Made by a program: the position numbers and the translations under genes. Shown here one piece after another: positions 18,387 to 25,788 of a stretch of 26,752 nt of DNA. A model generated the notes under the pieces. That model was not told the DNA's origin. It saw only the letters and a list, made by a program, of their open reading frames with translations, and ran no database searches. Source of the stretch: an uncultured bacterium (GTDB taxonomy: Bacteria; Hydrogenedentota; Hydrogenedentia; Hydrogenedentales; JAEUWI01); the NCBI GenBank assembly GCA_963977445.1, contig CAXBPH010000080.1:1-26752 (forward strand). The letters are read 5' to 3'. Each line of letters opens with the position of its first letter. Positions within the stretch are counted from its first letter, which is position 1.

Positions 18387-20348
18387 ATGACTGAACCGTC
18401 GGCACCGAATACAGCTACGACCACGCTTGGGGACGACGAAGGTCAACTCCGACCGGAGCTACGTGGTACTGGATTTCTGCGCCAGTTGCCTGCCGCTCGG
18501 TTGGGCCTGCTCCTCGCGGCCGTCGGCATGCTCCTTTCCCTGCCTGCCCTCTGGTCCGGCTTTGCACAAGACGACTATTTCTTTCTCATGGTTTTCAAGG
18601 GACACCCCGGCCTGGACGTGCTGGATCAAACCCCGCTGGAAACATTTTCCTTCTCCAAGGGCGAAATCGAACTCCAGAACGAACTCACAGAACGTGGTCT
18701 GTTTCCCTGGTGGGTCGTCGATGGCTGGAAGGTAAATTTCTGGCGTCCCGTTTCTTCGCTCAGCAACTGGTTGGACTTTCGCCTGTTTGGCGAATCGCCC
18801 TGGCCCATGCACGTGCACAGCCTCCTCCTATATGGGCTGCTAATAGCAACCGCCACGATCATGTACCGCCGATTCATTCCTTCACCCTATGCTGCTGGGC
18901 TGGCGGGGCTTCTTTTTGCCATAGATTCCGGACACGCCATCCCGGTGACCTGGCTGTCGATGCGCAATGCCTTGCTCACCCTGATTTTCGGCCTCCTGGT
19001 GCTCTACGCCCATGATCGCTGGCGGAAGGCGCAAGTACACGGCGGAACGTTTCGTGCCTGGCTGCCCCATGGCCCCCTCGCACTTCTGTGGCTCGCCCTG
19101 GGACTGTTATCCGGCGAATCGGCCGTCGCGGTCGGGGGCTATCTCTTTGCCTACGCCCTATTTCTGGATCCCGCCACGACTTCGAGTTCATCCCGCAACG
19201 GATTGCGCCCTTACCTTTCCAGTATCGCTGCGTTGCTTCCCTATCTCGTCGTTGTCATCCTCTGGAGAGCGGTGTACTCCGGCCTGGGCTATGGAACGGA
19301 AGGGTCGGGACTCTATGTGGACCCCGTCACAAACGCAGGCGAATTTCTGGAACGACTTCCGGCGCACATGCTTGTGCTCTTACTCGGTGTTTTTGCCCTG
19401 CCCGATGCGGGCTTGTGGGGCCTGATGCCCTCCCCTTGGAACCAAGTCCACCTCGTAGGCGCGGTCCTCTTTCTGGCCGCAGGTACCTGGGTAATTTTCC
19501 CCCTGTTGCGCCAACGGGCCGAAGCACGCTTCCTGCTGACCGGTGCCCTTCTCGCCGTCGTCCCGGCCTGCGCGACTTTGCCCATGGACCGTCTCATGAC
19601 CTTCTCGTCTTTTGGTGCCCTGGGCCTGGTCGCCTTGATTCTGGTCGATATCCGAGAGAAGGGCACCATTCGAATCAAGCGACCACGTTGGCTCATTCGC
19701 GTGCTCGCTATCGTGTTGATTGTGGCGAATCTCGTGGTAGCACCGGCGGGCCTCCTCACGGGAACCCAACAAATCACGATGATGAACCGTATTCTGACCG
19801 ATTCCAATCCCTCCATCCCCACGGACCTGCCCGAATCAACCCGCATTGTCGCCTTGAACACCCCCATTGATCTCCTCGGCTCCAGCCTGCCCATCTATCG
19901 CTCTGCCCGCAACGAACCCGTCCCCCGTCACTGGTGGTGGCTCTATTCGGGCGTCCAGGAAATCGATGTGGAACGTATCGGCACACAAACGCTCGTGCTC
20001 CGACCCGAGGGTGGCTACCACCTGCCACCCTGGTCAGATATCTTTCGCTTTTCAGCGACACACCCCATGGAGCCCGGGCAAACTTTCGCTCTGGACGGCG
20101 TGACCATCACCGTATTGAAGATTGCGGAGGATGGACGGCCCACCGAGGTGCAATTCAAGTTTGATGCCCCACTGGAAGACCCGTCGTATTACTTCGTCAC
20201 CTGGCAGGACGGCAACTACGTCCCCTTTACCTTGCCGGCACCCGGAGCGACGACGAAACTCCCGGACATTCAACTCAGTGAACTACTTCCTGTCGCCTTC
20301 GGTTGGAACGCCGCGGGCGCAGGTCCCAAGAAGGTAGCGGCCCACTAA
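18387..20348 (+). CDS. Polytopic membrane protein, GT-C fold glycosyltransferase-like (TMTC/ArnT/PMT-like), paralog A
   Basis: An acidic DD motif follows TM1 (SGFAQDDY), then FWRPVSS, H.HS..LY, H..PV.W...RN, GE.A, many TM helices and a soluble C-terminal domain. Confidence 0.65.
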   Translation: MTEPSAPNTATTTLGDDEGQLRPELRGTGFLRQLPAARLGLLLAAVGMLLSLPALWSGFAQDDYFFLMVFKGHPGLDVLDQTPLETFSFSKGEIELQNELTERGLFPWWVVDGWKVNFWRPVSSLSNWLDFRLFGESPWPMHVHSLLLYGLLIATATIMYRRFIPSPYAAGLAGLLFAIDSGHAIPVTWLSMRNALLTLIFGLLVLYAHDRWRKAQVHGGTFRAWLPHGPLALLWLALGLLSGESAVAVGGYLFAYALFLDPATTSSSSRNGLRPYLSSIAALLPYLVVVILWRAVYSGLGYGTEGSGLYVDPVTNAGEFLERLPAHMLVLLLGVFALPDAGLWGLMPSPWNQVHLVGAVLFLAAGTWVIFPLLRQRAEARFLLTGALLAVVPACATLPMDRLMTFSSFGALGLVALILVDIREKGTIRIKRPRWLIRVLAIVLIVANLVVAPAGLLTGTQQITMMNRILTDSNPSIPTDLPESTRIVALNTPIDLLGSSLPIYRSARNEPVPRHWWWLYSGVQEIDVERIGTQTLVLRPEGGYHLPPWSDIFRFSATHPMEPGQTFALDGVTITVLKIAEDGRPTEVQFKFDAPLEDPSYYFVTWQDGNYVPFTLPAPGATTKLPDIQLSELLPVAFGWNAAGAGPKKVAAH

Positions 20349-22174
20349 AAGGGTAAGCGCTTCTTGAGGTGCTCCCACGTGAAGTAACCGTCTTCGGGCG
20401 TCAAGATCAGGGGGGTGCCAATGGGCGGCCAGGTTACCACCCGCAACTGCCCCTCTTTCCAGGCGAGGAAACGGTACTGACTGCTCTCCAGCGCGTCGGG
20501 AAACGCCACGGAAAATCGCGTAGGGCCCCATTCCCCGATTTCCAGGATCTCGATTACATACCCCCCACGTTCAATCTGATCCCCTATAGCGTAAGGAAAC
20601 GAACGGCTTCGCAGCAGTTGTTCAAAGGACGTCGAAAGCAGCTCCCCGTCCACGATCTCTACCTCAAACCGGTTCTCGTGGGTGCGGGTAACGCGATGGG
20701 TCGCTGGGGCCACGGAAAGATTCTGCCACCCCTTCGGGGAGGGGTATCCAAAAAAATCCCTTCGAATCAGACTGTAAAAGCCCGTGTAGGGATCCGGCGC
20801 ATACAGGCTGAATATCAATTCGTCGCCGGCCGTATCATCATCGATTTCCATCGTATGGAAGGCATCATTGCTCAGGTAGGTGAAGGCGGGAAAGGCCAGG
20901 CTGTTGCCCACCCAGAAGAGGGGCATGAGGACAAGGTGCAACACGACAAACAGGTGAGCCAGCACGACAAGAAGGCGGGATCGCTTTTCTCCATGCCATT
21001 GAAGACCTTGTTGGATAATGAGCGCCGTGACCAACGCGGCTCCCAGTGAAGGCAGTATGAGCAAACGACCAGAAGGAAAGGTCGCCAGGCTGGGCACGGT
21101 GGCCAACAGCGCCCCAACCCCCATCCAGCGCACGTGCCGTCTCGTCGTTTTATCCATGTTGGACCAGAGTTTCACCAGCGCCCAAATCAGGACACCGACG
21201 GACAGGAATCCCGCACCGACGACCGGAAGGTACAGGGCGCTGTTCGCCACAGGCAACTCGGGGGGCACGGCAAAGAATTGCGCCCCCACCAACGTGGCAA
21301 GACGCTCCGGAGCCAGCGTTGCGAATGCCGCAAACTCGGTCACCGGATCGACATAGACCCCAGAACCGTAAACCCCATAACCGGCCACTTTGTAATAAAC
21401 CAGGTAGCCACAGGAAACGATACCACCACCCACCAGGGCTTTTACCCGTTGAATAATTCGGTCGTCCCGGGCCAGCAGCTCGTAGGCGATCAGATACCCC
21501 ATGATGCCCAGCGCCGTCTCCCCACCCAACAGCCCTGCCACATAGCCCAGCAACGACAGGGGCAGCCCCGGCTTCCATCCCCGTTCGCGCCACGCCAGGT
21601 GGGCCACCAGCCCCAGCAGCGCAGGCACGGCTGAAACAATGGCATTCCGGTTGGACAGCCACAATACAGGCGGAATATGACCATCGTCCAGTGCATAGAG
21701 AATAAGTACCAGTACCGCCGTCTTCAATGGAAGCAATCTCCGCAGCAGCAGCCAGATGGCCACGATGAGGAGGAGATACCATAACGTGCTATGGAGGTGA
21801 TAGCCCACGGCAGACCGACCAAAGAGGCTATGGTCCAAGGCCATCGTCGCGGACGACAAGGGCCGGAAGAAATGAACTTTGAGCTCAGGAAGGGTGTACC
21901 ACGGTAAGGTCCCCCGATCGATGAGGGGTGCGATGACCTCGGGGTCCCCATTCCCGAAACAAAACAAATCGAAGGTGGAGGTGGGCATGCCCTTCCCCTC
22001 CAGGGTCAACACATGGATGTAGTCGTCCAGCCAGAAACCGGAAAACAGCGCCGGCAGGGTAATCGCCACCGCCAGCACGAGGGCATACCAGGGCGCGCGG
22101 GGGTGGGTACAGAAATTCCGAAGCTTGATGATGAATCTTGAGTACACGTTCCCTGCCTTCTCGCCATACGGCAC
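20345..22174 (-). CDS. Polytopic membrane protein, GT-C fold glycosyltransferase-like, paralog B
   Basis: SGFWLDDY, FFRPLSS, YHLHSTLWY, GHIPPVLWLSNRNA, GGETA and GSGVYVDPVT are colinear with paralog A. The start is uncertain (GTG 22174 or 22147). Confidence 0.65.
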   Translation of the reverse strand: MPYGEKAGNVYSRFIIKLRNFCTHPRAPWYALVLAVAITLPALFSGFWLDDYIHVLTLEGKGMPTSTFDLFCFGNGDPEVIAPLIDRGTLPWYTLPELKVHFFRPLSSATMALDHSLFGRSAVGYHLHSTLWYLLLIVAIWLLLRRLLPLKTAVLVLILYALDDGHIPPVLWLSNRNAIVSAVPALLGLVAHLAWRERGWKPGLPLSLLGYVAGLLGGETALGIMGYLIAYELLARDDRIIQRVKALVGGGIVSCGYLVYYKVAGYGVYGSGVYVDPVTEFAAFATLAPERLATLVGAQFFAVPPELPVANSALYLPVVGAGFLSVGVLIWALVKLWSNMDKTTRRHVRWMGVGALLATVPSLATFPSGRLLILPSLGAALVTALIIQQGLQWHGEKRSRLLVVLAHLFVVLHLVLMPLFWVGNSLAFPAFTYLSNDAFHTMEIDDDTAGDELIFSLYAPDPYTGFYSLIRRDFFGYPSPKGWQNLSVAPATHRVTRTHENRFEVEIVDGELLSTSFEQLLRSRSFPYAIGDQIERGGYVIEILEIGEWGPTRFSVAFPDALESSQYRFLAWKEGQLRVVTWPPIGTPLILTPEDGYFTWEHLKKRLPF

Positions 22175-22183
22175 GTGGTGTTT

Positions 22184-22396
22184 TCATGCAGGGATCTCGA
22201 TTGCCCATGCGTAGCTGCCCCGAATTTTAACACAGGTCTCCGGGCCAATTCTTCGATTCCGGGGGACCCAATTCAAGGGGGTGTAAAAAATGGGGTCACG
22301 ATTTACCAAAAGGAACTCCAGGCGGTGCCACCCGATCGCCCTCGGTATTTCCGGTCGGACACAGCGGAACATGACGTTGACGGAAATCCGTAGCAA
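22184..22396 (-). CDS. Possible 70-aa leader/small ORF behind a perfect Shine-Dalgarno
   Basis: Minus strand AAGGAGGTG (22403-22411), 6 nt, TTG (22396). The frame stays open to TGA at 22184 (MLRISVNVMFRCVRPEIPRAIGWHRLEF...). No recognisable family. Confidence 0.3.
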   Translation of the reverse strand: MLRISVNVMFRCVRPEIPRAIGWHRLEFLLVNRDPIFYTPLNWVPRNRRIGPETCVKIRGSYAWAIEIPA

Positions 22397-22617
22397 TGGA
22401 TGCACCTCCTTCAAAAATCGTTCGGGTGCCTTGACCCGGAAAGTCGGATGACCAGGAAGCACGTCACCGTAGCGTTGTTCACGCTTCCACCCACGTCCAG
22501 CGCGGATAAACAAGGCTACGGTATAGCCCCAATCCAATCCACCAGGACAACCTCGCTCAAGACACCCGAATCCTCCTGCGACGGATCTTCGACCGGGAAT
22601 ACCGGATCGGGTGGCAC
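22325..22617. ncRNA. Candidate structured RNA or fold-back element (unassigned family)
   Basis: Five nested complementary blocks: 22325-37/22605-17 (13/13), 22343-57/22590-604 (14/15), 22386-95/22577-86 (9/10), 22421-34/22557-70 (13/14), 22466-79/22509-22 (13/14). Confidence 0.5.
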
Positions 22618-22670
22618 GATGTTTCTCCTGAAGCAGGCCAACAAACTCAATAATCAATCCAAAAACAATT

Positions 22671-23085
22671 GGTTCTTCGTCGATTTGCGGGAATGGTTTG
22701 ATAGATTCATGGAGCGAACGGCGGTATCCCAACACGTTTACTTACCCAAAGGATGATTCGGCGCCCCAAAGGGGCAATGCAGCATAGTCCGCCGCGGCGG
22801 ACAACGCCCAGGGAGTCAGGAATGCTCAATAGTACAAGCCCTGAAAGGGCGGCACAGCCCGATTCGTCACGTTGAACAGCGCGCCGAAAAACGAAGTCAA
22901 CCGTCGCAATCGTCTTTCTGCGTCGCCCATTCAGGGCTACTGGATGGGGCCACGGGGTCTCAGGGCGTTGCCCTGAACTATGCTGCGCTGGCCCTTCGGG
23001 CCGAATAAATAGCCTTCGCGGTGTGCTTGGGCCAGGCTCGGAGCAACGCAAAACACGGACGGGTCCCGTAAATCGACGAAGAACC
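22671..23085. mobile_element. Non-autonomous MITE, 415 bp, with 22-bp TIRs and a 7-bp target-site duplication
   Basis: GGTTCTTCGTCGATTTGCGGGA (22671-22692) versus the reverse complement of TCCCGTAAATCGACGAAGAACC (23064-23085), 21/22 identical. Flanked by the direct repeat AACAATT (22664-22670 and 23086-23092). No transposase ORF. Confidence 0.8.
22756..23006. repeat. REP-like inverted doublet (REPIN-like) inside the MITE
   Basis: AGCCCTGAAAGGGCGGCACAG (22837-57) / CTGCGTCGCCCATTCAGGGCT (22918-38), 18/21. CAACGCCC / GGGCGTTG. GCAGCATAGT / ACTATGCTGC. Outer GCCCCAAAGGGGC and GGCCCTTCGGGCC hairpins. Confidence 0.75.
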
Positions 23086-23202
23086 AACAATTTGTGGCAC
23101 TGGAACCCTGATACCAGGCTCTATGCAGGCTCACTGGTCGCGACGGAACGTGCCAACATGCCATAATACCCGTTTGAGCACAACCTCCTTGGAAAGAACC
23201 GG

Positions 23203-23943
23203 ATGGGCGAATCAGAAACGAGCTACGGTGGCGGCATTGTCACCGAACGGGGCCTGCGCACCATGTCACGCTGGGGCTTCATCATCATGGCGGTCTGGGC
23301 GGTCTTCCTGCTCACCTGGGGCTTCCTGTGGCCCGAGCCCTATGCACACGGCTGGTGGCTCGTATTGGAACTCTTCGCCGTAGGACGCACCGTCTGTGCC
23401 TACGAGGGCGTACGCCTCGGTTTCAGCAATTTCTACCTCCTGGTGCAGGGGGGCGCACAAGATATTGGCATTTTTTTCCTGGTTTTCCCCTGGATTGTGC
23501 GATTTTACGCGCGGGTTTCCCATGTTGGCCTCGTCGACCGCATTTTGGGGAGCGTCACCCGGGCCGCCGAACGCCATCGCGAGCGACTCCGGGGTTATGG
23601 TGCCGTTGGCCTCTATCTCTTCGTATTCTTCCCCGTATCCGGCACCGGAACCCTCGTCGGGTGTGTCGTCGGCTACCTCCTGGGCATGCCCATGCGCCAG
23701 GCCGTACCAATTGTCATCGCCGGACACCTCTCCTGCCTCGTATTCTTGTTGGCCTTTTTCGACTGGCTCGAACCCGTGCTCTCGTCGGTCAACGAGGGCC
23801 TCGGCCAGTATTTCGCCTGGATTTTTCTCATTATTCTCCTCGCAGGGGGCTGGCTCTATGGCAAAATAAGGCAACGTTATGGCCGAAAAGAAGAAGCGAC
23901 GGACTTTATGGAAAACGAGGACGTGGTCGAGGCGAGCGAATAG
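23203..23943 (+). CDS. Small multi-drug export-type membrane protein (COG2426-like)
   Basis: 246 aa, about 6 TM segments, with the signature YGAVGLYLFVFFPVSGTGTLVGCVVGYLLGM. Confidence 0.7.
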   Translation: MGESETSYGGGIVTERGLRTMSRWGFIIMAVWAVFLLTWGFLWPEPYAHGWWLVLELFAVGRTVCAYEGVRLGFSNFYLLVQGGAQDIGIFFLVFPWIVRFYARVSHVGLVDRILGSVTRAAERHRERLRGYGAVGLYLFVFFPVSGTGTLVGCVVGYLLGMPMRQAVPIVIAGHLSCLVFLLAFFDWLEPVLSSVNEGLGQYFAWIFLIILLAGGWLYGKIRQRYGRKEEATDFMENEDVVEASE

Positions 23944-24005
23944 CTTCACCCTACCTGAATCCCGACCGGCACACCCCGCAATGCCTGCACCAACGACGTC
24001 CTCTG

Positions 24006-24014
24006 TGATACAAT
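24006..24014 (+). promoter_or_regulatory. Candidate extended -10 promoter for the GT2 gene
   Basis: TG-A-TACAAT lies about 20 nt before the AAGGAG RBS. It overlaps the ORF-track ATG at 24013, which favours GTG 24046 as the true start. Confidence 0.4.
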
Positions 24015-24045
24015 GGGCCGAATTGGACAGCAAAAGGAGCCTTCC

Positions 24046-24771
24046 GTGGACTGCATTTTTTCGGTCATAATCCCTGCCTATAATGAGGAAAAATACCTCC
24101 CGGGTACCATCGGCGCTATCCGCAAGGCGGAAGAGGCCTTCGGAAAGCCCGTGGAAGTCGTCGTCGGTGACAACATGAGCACCGACAAGACCGCCGACGT
24201 AGCCCGTGAACTGGGTGCCAAAGTCGTCACCGTTACGAAACGCAATATTTCCGCTGTCCGCAATGGTGCCGCCGCCGCTGCTACGGGGAAGTATCTCGTA
24301 TTCTGTGACGCCGACGACACGATTTCAGAAAACATGTTCATAGAAATCCTTCGGCACATGGAGACGGGCCGCTACGTGGGTGGTGGCACGACCGACACCC
24401 GCTATGACCGGAAGTCCCTCGGTCTCTTTATGACCCATCATGTAATTCTCAAGACGTCTCTCCGTCTCTCCCGCCTTTCCATGTTTCTGTTTTACACGTC
24501 CCACGAAGATTATGACGCGATTGGCGGTTTCAACGAGGAATTCCTCGCCGCCGAAGATACGGATTTTGCGTTGCGTTTGAGGAAGCATGGGAAGACGACT
24601 GGCAGGGCCTATTGCAATCTCAAGACGGCCTACCTGGTGAAGTCTGCCCGCAAATTTGATGAATACGGTGATTGGGCCGTCTTTCGCCACCCCATCACCT
24701 TTATACGGGCTTCCCTTCGTGATCCGAAAGTCGTTCATGAGTTGTGGTACAAGCCCCGCCGGGATTCCTGA
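24046..24771 (+). CDS. GT2 family glycosyltransferase (GT-A fold)
   Basis: FSVIIPAYNEE, VVGDNMSTDKT, RNGAA, FCDAD (DxD), GGFNE..AAEDTDF, SARKF. AAGGAG RBS before the GTG. Confidence 0.9.
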   Translation: MDCIFSVIIPAYNEEKYLPGTIGAIRKAEEAFGKPVEVVVGDNMSTDKTADVARELGAKVVTVTKRNISAVRNGAAAAATGKYLVFCDADDTISENMFIEILRHMETGRYVGGGTTDTRYDRKSLGLFMTHHVILKTSLRLSRLSMFLFYTSHEDYDAIGGFNEEFLAAEDTDFALRLRKHGKTTGRAYCNLKTAYLVKSARKFDEYGDWAVFRHPITFIRASLRDPKVVHELWYKPRRDS

Positions 24772-24817
24772 AGAAGCCCCGGCCATGATTCGTGGATGAC
24801 GGTACGCCGCCGTTCTG

Positions 24818-24846
24818 TTGCCCCTTCCGCGCCCCCCAGATAGCAT
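24818..24846 (+). promoter_or_regulatory. Candidate sigma70-type promoter for the hydrolase-GT1 pair
   Basis: TTGCCC, 17 nt, TAGCAT, 18 nt upstream of ATG 24865. Confidence 0.3.
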
Positions 24847-24864
24847 CGCAAAAAGGTCTTGTCC

Positions 24865-25788
24865 ATGAGTGTGACAAATTTCATCTTTAAGTGGACCCTC
24901 CGCATCATCCAGCCCAAAGAGGCCAAGCGGATGGAGCAAGACGGCCCCATTGCCCTCCCGAAATTGCGGGGTGCCATGCCGGCAGATACGGAATACGTGT
25001 TCATCGACGATCAAGGGGCAGACACGACCGTCTTCGCCTATTCCGGTATGGATGCCCTCTTCGCCGGGCGCGCGCGCTACGAATTCAAACGTATTTTCCG
25101 TAGTCTCAGCGTGCCGTGTAACCTGGTCTGCTTTCGAGACCCCCGAACAACCTCGTTTCATCTCTCCCTGGATGGGAAAAGCCCCGGCATCGATTTCTAC
25201 GCGGAGAAGACCCGGGAAATCATGGCCCAACTGGGAGCCACCTACAATATCGCCTTGGGGTCCTCTTCCGGTGGTATGTCTGCGTTTACCTTTGCCACCA
25301 TGTGCAATATGGATAAGGTGGTGGGCTTTTCTCCGGCATTCCCCCATACGGTCTATCGCGGTTGGAATCACTATCTCCAATCGCTGTTTAACTTTCGCAC
25401 CCTGCTCCGCGAACCCCAGGCCTATGTAGAAGTGCTCATCGTAACCATCGCCGTCGTCTGGCTGGAAGATGTGGCCCTGAAGCGCATGGCCCTTGACCCA
25501 CCGATAGGCGTTTGGGACGCCTGGGGCATTTACGAAAGCGCAGGCGACACCCGCCCGCCGGCCACCGTTTATTACGGCGTTCGGAGCCCCGCCGATTCCC
25601 GACAGGCACTACGGCTGGCCGAGGCCTTTCCGGACCATATACATCTTGAGCCCCTCGATACAGCGCGCCACAATTGCCCCGCCGTTCTCCTTCAGCAAAA
25701 CAAGCTGATCGAAGTCCTCGACCGGGAAGTAAGCGCTGTGGCAATGTCGGGCAAGTCGAATTCAGAAGAAGGGCCCCTCCTCCCTTGA
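24865..25788 (+). CDS. Alpha/beta-hydrolase-fold protein (esterase/acyltransferase-like)
   Basis: Nucleophile elbow IALGSSSGGMSA (G-x-S-x-G), VVGFSP, and candidate triad residues Asp (PADSRQA) and His (TARHNCP). Confidence 0.6.
   Translation: MSVTNFIFKWTLRIIQPKEAKRMEQDGPIALPKLRGAMPADTEYVFIDDQGADTTVFAYSGMDALFAGRARYEFKRIFRSLSVPCNLVCFRDPRTTSFHLSLDGKSPGIDFYAEKTREIMAQLGATYNIALGSSSGGMSAFTFATMCNMDKVVGFSPAFPHTVYRGWNHYLQSLFNFRTLLREPQAYVEVLIVTIAVVWLEDVALKRMALDPPIGVWDAWGIYESAGDTRPPATVYYGVRSPADSRQALRLAEAFPDHIHLEPLDTARHNCPAVLLQQNKLIEVLDREVSAVAMSGKSNSEEGPLLP

Noticed and set aside
22252..22300. tRNA/tmRNA-like words (TTCGATTCC, GGGGGTGTAA)
   Set aside because: No T-stem, acceptor stem or CCA end can be built around them.
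22310..22610. CsrB/RsmZ-like GGA richness
   Set aside because: TCC is similarly frequent because the region is self-complementary, and the GGAs are not consistently in short hairpin loops.
22400..22756. 118-aa plus-strand ORF and the full 183-aa minus-strand ORF (22184..22735)
   Set aside because: Both cross the MITE boundary and the fold-back element and have no recognisable homology. Only the SD-led 70-codon portion is kept as a candidate.
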